Assembly: GCA_965205265.1 (NCBI GenBank)
Contig: CBDBGH010000003.1
Coordinates: 1,728,001-1,792,000 of the forward strand
Reading direction: 5' to 3'
DNA length: 64,000 bases
DNA from: Alphaproteobacteria bacterium
GTDB taxonomy: Bacteria > Pseudomonadota > Alphaproteobacteria > Bin95
Shown: piece by piece, positions 48,830-57,619 of the stretch
How the letters are laid out: every line of letters begins with the position of its first letter
Numbering within the stretch: position 1 is the first letter of the stretch
Made by a program: the position numbers and the translations under genes
The notes under the pieces: generated by a model
What the model was told of the DNA's origin: nothing
The model's database searches: none
What the model saw: the letters and a program-made list of their open reading frames with translations, nothing else

Positions 48830-50844
48830 TTGCCTTCTCCCCCGCGCCGCGCAACCAGATGGCCTCCGGACGACATCGCAAGGCGCCATCCCGGCGGCAC
48901 CAGCAGCGTCGCATGGGCTTCCTCGACGATGACAGGCCCCTCGACCGCCTCCGGCAGGCGGTCGCGGTCATAGATTGCAACAGGCCGCCAGCCTCCTCCG
49001 ATCCAGACATGGCGTTCGCCCTTCGGCCCGGCGTCCATTGCGTCGGGCGGCCTTATGGCGGGCTTCGGCAGAAGGCCTCTGGCGGTCGCGCGCAAGGTGA
49101 CGATCTCGACCGGCGCGCTCCGGTCGGAGTGCGCATAGCGCGCCTGGTGCAGGTCGTGGAAATCGGCGACCAGCCGGGCGAGGGAGCGCTTGTTCGGCCG
49201 CACATCGCCCCAGGGAACCAGCAGTTCGTATGCCTGGCCGCGATAGCGCATGTCGGCCGCGAGACGGATCCGGCGCGCGTCTTCGGCAATGCGGTCGGCG
49301 GCAAGCAGCGCATGGCCCTCCCCGGCCAGTTCCGCCGCCAGCTGCGCCAGCACCGGCAGCGCGCTCTCCTCCGCATCCAGCAGGCGCGAGCGCGCCACGT
49401 CATGGGCAATGTCGGCGGTCAGGATACCGCGCGCCGAGAAGGTGCCGGGGTCCCGCGGGAACACCACCTCCGCCATTTCCAGTTCCTCCGCAAGGCTCAC
49501 GGCATGCAGGCCGCCCGCCCCGCCGAAGGCGGCGATGGCGAAGTCACGCGGGTCCGCGCCCTTCTCGAACAGGCTGAGTTTGATGGCGGACGCCATATGC
49601 GCGTTGACGACGGCGAGAATGCCCTCGGCGGCCTCCTCCACGCCGAGCCCGAGCGGCCCCGCCACCCGTTCCGCCACGGCGGCCCGCGCAAGGGCGGCGT
49701 CGAGCTTAAGCGCGCCGCCGAGGAAGAAGTCCGGGTCCAGCCGGCCGAGTACGATATTGGCGTCGGTGACGGTTGGCTCGGCGCCGCCCCTCCCGTAAGC
49801 CGCCGGGCCTGGATCGGCGCCCGCGCTTGCAGGCCCCACGCTAAGCGCCCCGCCTGGCGCCACGGAGGCGATGGAGCCGCCGCCCGCGCCGATGGTGCGC
49901 ATCTCCACCATCGGCAGGCGCACCGGCAGGCCGTCGATCTCGCCTTCCGTCACCACCGACACATCGAAACTGGTGCCGCCCATATCGACCGCCACCAGGT
50001 TCGGCCGCTCAAGCACGCCCGAGAGGTCGGCCGCCGCCATCGCGCCGCCCGAGGGCCCGGAAAGCAGCAGGCGCACGGGCAGCCGCGCCGCCTGGGACGG
50101 CGTCGTCACCCCTCCGTTGGACTGCACGAGATAGAGCCGCGCCGAGAGTCTGGCATCCCGGAGCCGCGCTTCGAGCCGCGCCAGATAGTCGTTCACCACC
50201 GGCACGAGCAGGGCGTTGAGCACCGTGGTCGAAGCCCGCTCGAACTCGCGGATCTCGGGGCTCACATCGGAGGACAGCGACACCGGGATGCCGGGCGCTG
50301 CCCCGATCAGTATTTCCTCCACGCGGCGCTCATGCGAGGGGTCCCGATAGGCATGCAGGAACGCGACGGCGACGGCGCCGATGCCCGCCTCGGATATCTC
50401 GCGCGCAATGCCGGCGACGGCTTCCTCGTCGAGCGGCGTTTCCTCGCTGCCGTCCCAGCGTATCCGCCCCTCGACGCCGTAGCGCCGGTCGCGGGGCACC
50501 AGCACCGTCTGGGGCGTCGGCTTCAGTGTATAGGGCTCGCGGCGGACATGCCGGCCGATTTCCAGCACATCGGCAAAGCCCCTGTTGGCGATCAGTGCGC
50601 CTTCCGGCAGCTTGCGCTCCAGCACGGCATTGGTGGCGATGGTCGTGCCGTGCAGGATGAACCCGACCTCCCCCGGCCCGAAGCCGAGGCGTTCCTTCGC
50701 TTCGGCGATGCCTGCAAGCAGCCCCTCGGACGGGTCCGCCGGCGTGGTCGGAGTCTTGAGCGCATGGGCTTCGCCGGTTTCCGCGTCCAGCACCATCAGG
50801 TCCGTGAAGGTGCCTCCGACATCGACGCCGATGCGGTATTTCAT
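48826..50844 (-). CDS. Hydantoinase A/oxoprolinase family protein
   Basis: GVDVGGTFTD, HGTTIATN, SGPSGG, DMGGTSFD, IGAGGGS, FGGAG.LH. Confidence 0.92.
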   Translation of the reverse strand: MKYRIGVDVGGTFTDLMVLDAETGEAHALKTPTTPADPSEGLLAGIAEAKERLGFGPGEVGFILHGTTIATNAVLERKLPEGALIANRGFADVLEIGRHVRREPYTLKPTPQTVLVPRDRRYGVEGRIRWDGSEETPLDEEAVAGIAREISEAGIGAVAVAFLHAYRDPSHERRVEEILIGAAPGIPVSLSSDVSPEIREFERASTTVLNALLVPVVNDYLARLEARLRDARLSARLYLVQSNGGVTTPSQAARLPVRLLLSGPSGGAMAAADLSGVLERPNLVAVDMGGTSFDVSVVTEGEIDGLPVRLPMVEMRTIGAGGGSIASVAPGGALSVGPASAGADPGPAAYGRGGAEPTVTDANIVLGRLDPDFFLGGALKLDAALARAAVAERVAGPLGLGVEEAAEGILAVVNAHMASAIKLSLFEKGADPRDFAIAAFGGAGGLHAVSLAEELEMAEVVFPRDPGTFSARGILTADIAHDVARSRLLDAEESALPVLAQLAAELAGEGHALLAADRIAEDARRIRLAADMRYRGQAYELLVPWGDVRPNKRSLARLVADFHDLHQARYAHSDRSAPVEIVTLRATARGLLPKPAIRPPDAMDAGPKGERHVWIGGGWRPVAIYDRDRLPEAVEGPVIVEEAHATLLVPPGWRLAMSSGGHLVARRGGEGK

Positions 50845-50859
50845 ATGCTCGGTCGCCCC

Positions 50860-51498
50860 TCAGATGTCGGACGGGAAACGGCGGTGGATTTCGGCCACCT
50901 GCTCCGGAGTCAACGGCCGGGTCTTCATGCCCTGCAGGGCGAGGAACAATTTGGCCGTCTCCTCCAGCTCCTCCGTGGCATAGACGGCGTCGGCTAGGGA
51001 CCTGCCCGCCACCACAGGCCCGTGATTGGCCAGCAGCATGGCGTGATGGTCGGAGGCCATCTCGCGCACCGCCCTGGCAAGGTCGATATCGCCCGGCGGA
51101 AAATAGGGAATGAGCGGCAGCGTGCCCACGCGCATGACGTAATAGGCCGTCAGAGGCGGCAGCACATCCGCCTCGTCGATCTCCGCCAGGCAGCTCACCG
51201 CGACCGAATGCGTCGAATGCAGATGGACGACCGCCCCCGCCTTTGGCCGGCGCTCATACACGGCGATATGCAGGAAGGCTTCCTTAGTCGGCGCGTCGCC
51301 CGAGACATGGGTCCCGGCGGCGTCCAGCCGGGAAATCCGCGCCGGGTCCAGATCGCCCATGCTCGAGCCGGTCGGCGTCATCAGCCAACCGTCGTCCAGC
51401 CGGACGCTGATATTCCCCGTCGAGCCGAAGGTCAGGCCCCGGTCGAACAGCGACTTGGCCATGCCCGCGATCCGGTCTCGCAGCTTTGCCTCGCTCAC
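50860..51498 (-). CDS. otnC: 3-oxo-tetronate 4-phosphate decarboxylase (class II aldolase family)
   Basis: SLFDRGLT.GSTGNIS, PTKE..LH, VVHLHSTH, LANHGPV, EELEETA; coupled to otnK. Confidence 0.88.
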   Translation of the reverse strand: MSEAKLRDRIAGMAKSLFDRGLTFGSTGNISVRLDDGWLMTPTGSSMGDLDPARISRLDAAGTHVSGDAPTKEAFLHIAVYERRPKAGAVVHLHSTHSVAVSCLAEIDEADVLPPLTAYYVMRVGTLPLIPYFPPGDIDLARAVREMASDHHAMLLANHGPVVAGRSLADAVYATEELEETAKLFLALQGMKTRPLTPEQVAEIHRRFPSDI

Positions 51499-52604
51499 GG
51501 CAGCATCCCGAAGGCGTCGGCGAAAAACGTCTCCGCGCCGAAGTTCCCGGATTTGAGCGCAAGCGCAAGGGGCCTGCCGCCGACGGCCTCCGTCCACGGA
51601 ACGCCGGGCGCGATTTCGGGGCCGATGCGCAAGGCGGCCGCCCCAAGGGCCGAGACGACGGCGCCCGATGTTTCCCCCCCGGCGACGACAATGCGCGAGA
51701 AGCCGTTATCGGCAAGTGCACCGGCAATCCTCTCGAAGGCGGATTCGAACATGCGCCCTGCCCCTTCGACACCGTAGCGGGCCTGCACCGCCGAGACTTC
51801 CTCCGGCCCGGCGGACGCATAGACCAGTACCGGCTTGCCGGTCGGGCGGGTGAGCGCCCAGGCTATGGCGTCCTCAACCTCACCCGGCCCTGCGGCCAGC
51901 CCGTCGGGATCGATCTTGCGGGCGGGCCAGAGTCCCTCGACAGCCGCGATCTGCGCCCTGGTGGCGGCCGAGCAACTACCCGCCAGCACGACTTCCCGGC
52001 CCGCCGCCTCCGGCAGGACCGGCGCGGACCCGGCCGAAAGCAGGCCCGACCTGCGGAAATTCTCCGGCAGGCCCATGCCGATCCCCGAGCCTCCCGTGAC
52101 CAGCCTGTGGTCCGCCGCCGCCTCACCGACCCGGCGCAAATCGGCGTCCGCAACGGCATCGACGACCCCGTATCGCACACCGTCGGCCTTCAGCGCCGCG
52201 ATGCGCGATCGGATTGCGACGACGCCCGCGCTCACATCCTGCAGCGGCACCAGCCCCACCCGGCCCTGCGACTGCGCCGCCATCAGCCGGATCAGGCTGG
52301 AATCCCGCATCGGCGTCAGCGGGTGGTCCTTCATCGGCGACTCGGAAAGCAGCATGTCGCCGACATAGAGATAGCCCCGGTAGATCGTGCGCCCGTTGGT
52401 CGGAAAGGCGGGGCAGACCAGCGCGAAGTCCGCGTCGAGCGCATCCGCCAGCGCATCGGCGACGGGGCCGATATTGCCCTTCTCGGTGGAATCGAAGGTG
52501 GAGCAGTATTTGAAGACGATCTGCCGGGCGCCCGCCTCCCGCAGCCACCGGAGCGCCTCCAGCGAGCTCTCCACAGCTTCGTCCACCGGCGCGGTTCGCG
52601 ACTT

Positions 52605-52677
52605 GAGCGCCACCACGACCGCCTCCGCATCGCCGATATCCGCGCCCGTGCCCGGCACGCCGACGGTCTGCACCGTC
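52605..52677 (+). repeat. 73-bp target duplication of IS1634 copy 1 (left copy)
   Basis: GAGCGCCACC...TGCACCGTC is repeated at 54592-54664. Confidence 0.95.
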
Positions 52678-54591
52678 CTGACTTCGACGGTTGGGCTGAC
52701 TTCTGACCGATCTCGCGTCTGGAGTTTTCAGTAAAGCCAATGAGTTGGCAGTTGCGGTGCGGTCAAGCTGCGTTGTAGTGCCTAGTAAATCTTTGAGACT
52801 GTCAATGCCTCCGCCACGCGCTACACTCCCCCCATGTTCGTGCGCATCAAGACCTCCCCCAACAGCCCGCGACGCTCGGTCCAGATCGTCGAGGCCGTGC
52901 GCGACGGCGGCAAGGTCCGACAGCGCATCGTCCGCCATGTCGGCGTGGCCATGGACGAGGACGAGCTCGAGCGCCTGAGGCAGCTCGGCGAGTACGTCAA
53001 GGCGAAGCTGGAGGACGAGCGTCAGCCGGCATTGTTTGCGCCCGAGAAGATCGCTGAGCAGGCGATCCGTGTCGGCCGCCGGGGGGACGGCAAGGAGGAA
53101 CTCCCGGTCGACCTCAAGCAGCTTGAAGAGGAGCAGCGCCTGATCACAGGCATCCACGAGGTCTATGGCGAGATCTACCGGCTGCTGGGCCTCGACGCGC
53201 TGCTGCCGCGCTCGCGCTACCGGGCCTCCCATGACGCGCTGTTCCATGTGGTGATGGCGCGGGTAGCCAACCCCGACAGCAAGCGGGGCAGCGTGCGCCG
53301 GCTCGAGGAGGACTTCGGCGTGAGTCTTCCGCTCGAGAAGGTCTACCGGATGATGGATCAGCTCGACGCGACGGTGATCGAGCGACTGCGCACGCGCGTC
53401 GGCGAGGCGAGCCGGTCGCTGCTGCCGGAGCCGGTCGCGATCCTCTTCTTCGATTGCACCACGCTCTACTTCGAGACGGCCGCCGAGGACGAGCTTCGCC
53501 AGCACGGCTTCAGCAAGGACGGCAAACACAAGGACTCGCAGGTTCTGCTGGCGCTGATGGTGACGCGCGAAGGGCTGCCGATCAGCTACGAGGTCTTCCC
53601 CGGCGCCACCTACGAGGGACACAGCATGGTCCCGGTCCTGCAGGACATGCAGCGCCGCCACCAGGTGGAGCGCACGGTATGCGTGGCCGACCGGGGCATG
53701 CTGAGCGCCGACAACCTCGACGCCATGGACGCCATCGGCGGCGAGTATGTCGTCGGCGCGCGGCTGCGCAAGCTGCCGCTCGCGCTGCTGGGGCAGGTTC
53801 TCGACCCCGGGACCTATGCCCCGCTGGAGGGCTCACAGGACCGCCGGGTCGGCGAGTGGGAGTACAAGGGCCGTCGCCTGATCGTCGTCTTCTGCCCCCA
53901 GCGCGCACGCAAGGACGCGCACGAGCGCCGCCATCAGGTGGAACGCCTGCTCGACAGGCTGGCCCGCAGCGACAATCCCAGGGAACTGCTCTCCAATCAC
54001 GGGGCGAAGCGCTTCATCGCCGTCGAGGGCGACGCACGGCTCACGGTGAACCCGGAGAAGATCGCCGAGGCCGCACGATGGGACGGGCTCACCGGCGTCA
54101 TCACCAATCTGCGCGACGCGCGCGTCACCGAAGTGATGGCTCACTACCAGGGGCTCTGGCAGGTCGAGGAGAGCTTCCGGATCACCAAACACGACCTGAA
54201 GATACGTCCCATCTGGCACTGGAACCCGGACCGGATCCGCGCTCACATCGCCATCGCCTTCCTGGCCTTCGCCTGCGTTCGACACCTTGCGTACCGCGTC
54301 GCCATCCAGAAGCGGCGGATGTCCCCGGAGGTCATCCGCTCCGCCCTCGTCCACCGCCAGTGCTCCCTGCTGCGCTGTCGGCAATCGGGCAACCGCTACG
54401 TCATCCCCTCGAAGCCGACACCGGCGGCGGAGCAGATTTACGCAACCATGGGGCTGCCCCTGACGATCACCCCGTATCAACTCGCCTGACCGTCGACGAA
54501 GCACGGCTCGAAGAAATGCCGGATGTAGTGCCTAGCCGAAATGAGAACCAGGCAATATCAACTACTTATGCGAATCAACCGTCGAAGTCAG
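52678..54591 (+). mobile_element. IS1634 family element, copy 1 (1914 bp)
   Basis: 16-bp TIRs CTGACTTCGACGGTTG / CAACCGTCGAAGTCAG. Confidence 0.95.
52834..54489 (+). CDS. IS1634 family transposase
   Basis: FFDCTTLYFE, GFSKDGK...Q, VADRGM, WQVEESFR..K..L..RPI.H...RIRAH. Confidence 0.95.
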   Translation: MFVRIKTSPNSPRRSVQIVEAVRDGGKVRQRIVRHVGVAMDEDELERLRQLGEYVKAKLEDERQPALFAPEKIAEQAIRVGRRGDGKEELPVDLKQLEEEQRLITGIHEVYGEIYRLLGLDALLPRSRYRASHDALFHVVMARVANPDSKRGSVRRLEEDFGVSLPLEKVYRMMDQLDATVIERLRTRVGEASRSLLPEPVAILFFDCTTLYFETAAEDELRQHGFSKDGKHKDSQVLLALMVTREGLPISYEVFPGATYEGHSMVPVLQDMQRRHQVERTVCVADRGMLSADNLDAMDAIGGEYVVGARLRKLPLALLGQVLDPGTYAPLEGSQDRRVGEWEYKGRRLIVVFCPQRARKDAHERRHQVERLLDRLARSDNPRELLSNHGAKRFIAVEGDARLTVNPEKIAEAARWDGLTGVITNLRDARVTEVMAHYQGLWQVEESFRITKHDLKIRPIWHWNPDRIRAHIAIAFLAFACVRHLAYRVAIQKRRMSPEVIRSALVHRQCSLLRCRQSGNRYVIPSKPTPAAEQIYATMGLPLTITPYQLA

Positions 54592-54664
54592 GAGCGCCAC
54601 CACGACCGCCTCCGCATCGCCGATATCCGCGCCCGTGCCCGGCACGCCGACGGTCTGCACCGTC
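54592..54664 (+). repeat. 73-bp target duplication of IS1634 copy 1 (right copy)
   Basis: Matches 52605-52677. Confidence 0.95.
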
Positions 54665-54789
54665 TTCACGCCCTCCCCGACCCAGGTGCCGGCAAGGTCC
54701 GTCGCCCCGGTGAAATCGTCGGCAATCGCGCCCAGCACGATACTCATGCAACGGCCTCCGTCCGGTATCGCCCAGGAAGCGCGCCGCCG

Positions 54790-55326
54790 TCAGTGCGAAT
54801 AGCCCCTGAGCCGATGGTAGCTCTCGACCTGCTCCGGCGTGAGCTCGCGAGCGGCCTCGATATGCGCAAGCAGGTGGATCGCCCTGAGCTCGCCCTGCAT
54901 GACCCCGAGATGCCCGGTCGCCTGCGTCACGTTTGCGGCCGTCGGCCCGCCCGAAGCGAACAGGCCCGCGAGGTGACGTTCCGCCGCCAGGATGGTCTCG
55001 CCCTTCGCGACCGCCTGCGCCTTCATCTTCTCGTAAATCGCCTCGATGCGGCGGAGCTGCCTGCCGGCAAGGCCGAGTTCCGCCTTGAGTTCGAGAAGGT
55101 GCCTCGGCCCCGGGAAGCGGTTGAGTTCCGCCGCCCGCGCAAGGCCCATGCCGTCGCCTTCCCGCAGCTCACGAACCTCCTCGGCCGTCAGGCTCGGGAT
55201 TTCCGCGCTTTGCCCGTGCACATAGGGTGAGGCACCGTGCGAATGCTGCGCCGACGCCGACGCTGAAACCAGGGCGATGACGCAGACCGGGGCAAGAGAT
55301 CTGAGCAGGCGGGTCGCAGTCTTCAT
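54790..55326 (-). CDS. Secreted Spy/CpxP-like (heavy-metal sensor-like) protein
   Basis: Signal peptide, SPY....I.SL, G.G.GLA.AAELN..PGP.H.LEL, LT.EQ...Y..LRGY; SD GGAGG. Confidence 0.8.
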   Translation of the reverse strand: MKTATRLLRSLAPVCVIALVSASASAQHSHGASPYVHGQSAEIPSLTAEEVRELREGDGMGLARAAELNRFPGPRHLLELKAELGLAGRQLRRIEAIYEKMKAQAVAKGETILAAERHLAGLFASGGPTAANVTQATGHLGVMQGELRAIHLLAHIEAARELTPEQVESYHRLRGYSH

Positions 55327-55500
55327 CGGTTCCTCCGAATCCCGTGGCGGTTCGATTGACCGCGACTATGCCCGCCCCGGTGTCCCGGCGGCAACAGAGC
55401 GTCAGCCCCGCATCGCCGCGCCATTGGGGTCGAAGAGCGGATGGCTCTGGAGGCGGGCGGGGCGGCGGTCGCCGAGAATTTCGATTTCCCAGCCCTCCTC
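55296..55500 (+). repeat. 205-bp target duplication of IS1634 copy 2 (left copy)
   Basis: GAGATCTGAG...GCCCTCCTC is repeated at 57415-57619. Confidence 0.95.
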
Positions 55501-57414
55501 CTGACTTCGACGGTTGATTCGCATAAGTAGTTGATATTGCCTGGTTCTCATTTCGGCTAGGCACTACATCCGGCATTTCTTCGAGCCGTGCTTCGTCGAC
55601 GGTCAGGCGAGTTGATACGGGGTGATCGTCAGGGGCAGCCCCATGGTTGCGTAAATCTGCTCCGCCGCCGGTGTCGGCTTCGAGGGGATGACGTAGCGGT
55701 TGCCCGATTGCCGACAGCGCAGCAGGGAGCACTGGCGGTGGACGAGGGCGGAGCGGATGACCTCCGGGGACATCCGCCGCTTCTGGATGGCGACGCGGTA
55801 CGCAAGGTGTCGAACGCAGGCGAAGGCCAGGAAGGCGATGGCGATGTGAGCGCGGATCCGGTCCGGGTTCCAGTGCCAGATGGGACGTATCTTCAGGTCG
55901 TGTTTGGTGATCCGGAAGCTCTCCTCGACCTGCCAGAGCCCCTGGTAGTGAGCCATCACTTCGGTGACGCGCGCGTCGCGCAGATTGGTGATGACGCCGG
56001 TGAGCCCGTCCCATCGTGCGGCCTCGGCGATCTTCTCCGGGTTCACCGTGAGCCGTGCGTCGCCCTCGACGGCGATGAAGCGCTTCGCCCCGTGATTGGA
56101 GAGCAGTTCCCTGGGATTGTCGCTGCGGGCCAGCCTGTCGAGCAGGCGTTCCACCTGATGGCGGCGCTCGTGCGCGTCCTTGCGTGCGCGCTGGGGGCAG
56201 AAGACGACGATCAGGCGACGGCCCTTGTACTCCCACTCGCCGACCCGGCGGTCCTGTGAGCCCTCCAGCGGGGCATAGGTCCCGGGGTCGAGAACCTGCC
56301 CCAGCAGCGCGAGCGGCAGCTTGCGCAGCCGCGCGCCGACGACATACTCGCCGCCGATGGCGTCCATGGCGTCGAGGTTGTCGGCGCTCAGCATGCCCCG
56401 GTCGGCCACGCATACCGTGCGCTCCACCTGGTGGCGGCGCTGCATGTCCTGCAGGACCGGGACCATGCTGTGTCCCTCGTAGGTGGCGCCGGGGAAGACC
56501 TCGTAGCTGATCGGCAGCCCTTCGCGCGTCACCATCAGCGCCAGCAGAACCTGCGAGTCCTTGTGTTTGCCGTCCTTGCTGAAGCCGTGCTGGCGAAGCT
56601 CGTCCTCGGCGGCCGTCTCGAAGTAGAGCGTGGTGCAATCGAAGAAGAGGATCGCGACCGGCTCCGGCAGCAGCGACCGGCTCGCCTCGCCGACGCGCGT
56701 GCGCAGTCGCTCGATCACCGTCGCGTCGAGCTGATCCATCATCCGGTAGACCTTCTCGAGCGGAAGACTCACGCCGAAGTCCTCCTCGAGCCGGCGCACG
56801 CTGCCCCGCTTGCTGTCGGGGTTGGCTACCCGCGCCATCACCACATGGAACAGCGCGTCATGGGAGGCCCGGTAGCGCGAGCGCGGCAGCAGCGCGTCGA
56901 GGCCCAGCAGCCGGTAGATCTCGCCATAGACCTCGTGGATGCCTGTGATCAGGCGCTGCTCCTCTTCAAGCTGCTTGAGGTCGACCGGGAGTTCCTCCTT
57001 GCCGTCCCCCCGGCGGCCGACACGGATCGCCTGCTCAGCGATCTTCTCGGGCGCAAACAATGCCGGCTGACGCTCGTCCTCCAGCTTCGCCTTGACGTAC
57101 TCGCCGAGCTGCCTCAGGCGCTCGAGCTCGTCCTCGTCCATGGCCACGCCGACATGGCGGACGATGCGCTGTCGGACCTTGCCGCCGTCGCGCACGGCCT
57201 CGACGATCTGGACCGAGCGTCGCGGGCTGTTGGGGGAGGTCTTGATGCGCACGAACATGGGGGGAGTGTAGCGCGTGGCGGAGGCATTGACAGTCTCAAA
57301 GATTTACTAGGCACTACAACGCAGCTTGACCGCACCGCAACTGCCAACTCATTGGCTTTACTGAAAACTCCAGACGCGAGATCGGTCAGAAGTCAGCCCA
57401 ACCGTCGAAGTCAG
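55501..57414 (-). mobile_element. IS1634 family element, copy 2 (1914 bp, inverted relative to copy 1)
   Basis: Same TIRs and length; identical 551-aa transposase translation. Confidence 0.95.
55603..57258 (-). CDS. IS1634 family transposase
   Basis: Translation identical to 52834-54489. Confidence 0.95.
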   Translation of the reverse strand: MFVRIKTSPNSPRRSVQIVEAVRDGGKVRQRIVRHVGVAMDEDELERLRQLGEYVKAKLEDERQPALFAPEKIAEQAIRVGRRGDGKEELPVDLKQLEEEQRLITGIHEVYGEIYRLLGLDALLPRSRYRASHDALFHVVMARVANPDSKRGSVRRLEEDFGVSLPLEKVYRMMDQLDATVIERLRTRVGEASRSLLPEPVAILFFDCTTLYFETAAEDELRQHGFSKDGKHKDSQVLLALMVTREGLPISYEVFPGATYEGHSMVPVLQDMQRRHQVERTVCVADRGMLSADNLDAMDAIGGEYVVGARLRKLPLALLGQVLDPGTYAPLEGSQDRRVGEWEYKGRRLIVVFCPQRARKDAHERRHQVERLLDRLARSDNPRELLSNHGAKRFIAVEGDARLTVNPEKIAEAARWDGLTGVITNLRDARVTEVMAHYQGLWQVEESFRITKHDLKIRPIWHWNPDRIRAHIAIAFLAFACVRHLAYRVAIQKRRMSPEVIRSALVHRQCSLLRCRQSGNRYVIPSKPTPAAEQIYATMGLPLTITPYQLA

Positions 57415-57619
57415 GAGATCTGAGCAGGCGGGTCGCAGTCTTCATCGGTTCCTCCGAATCCCGTGGCGGTTCGATTGACCGCGACTATGCCCGCCCCGGT
57501 GTCCCGGCGGCAACAGAGCGTCAGCCCCGCATCGCCGCGCCATTGGGGTCGAAGAGCGGATGGCTCTGGAGGCGGGCGGGGCGGCGGTCGCCGAGAATTT
57601 CGATTTCCCAGCCCTCCTC
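57415..57619 (+). repeat. 205-bp target duplication of IS1634 copy 2 (right copy)
   Basis: Matches 55296-55500. Confidence 0.95.

Larger units (their letters stand above)
51495..54747 (-). pseudogene. otnK: 3-oxo-tetronate kinase interrupted by IS1634
   Basis: N-terminus GAIADDFTGATD at 54747-54592; remainder (LKSRT, FKYCSTFDST..GNIGP, GGETSG, KSGNFG) at 52677-51495. Removing the IS and one 73-bp duplicate restores a 1266-nt in-frame ORF. Confidence 0.92.

Noticed and set aside
51495-52673. 392-aa GTG-started ORF as an intact kinase
   Set aside because: It lacks the N-terminal ADDxTG motif, which lies on the other side of the IS.
52678-57414. A single composite transposon insertion
   Set aside because: Each IS has its own duplication, and the core is native collinear sequence (otnK 5' end), so these are two independent insertions.
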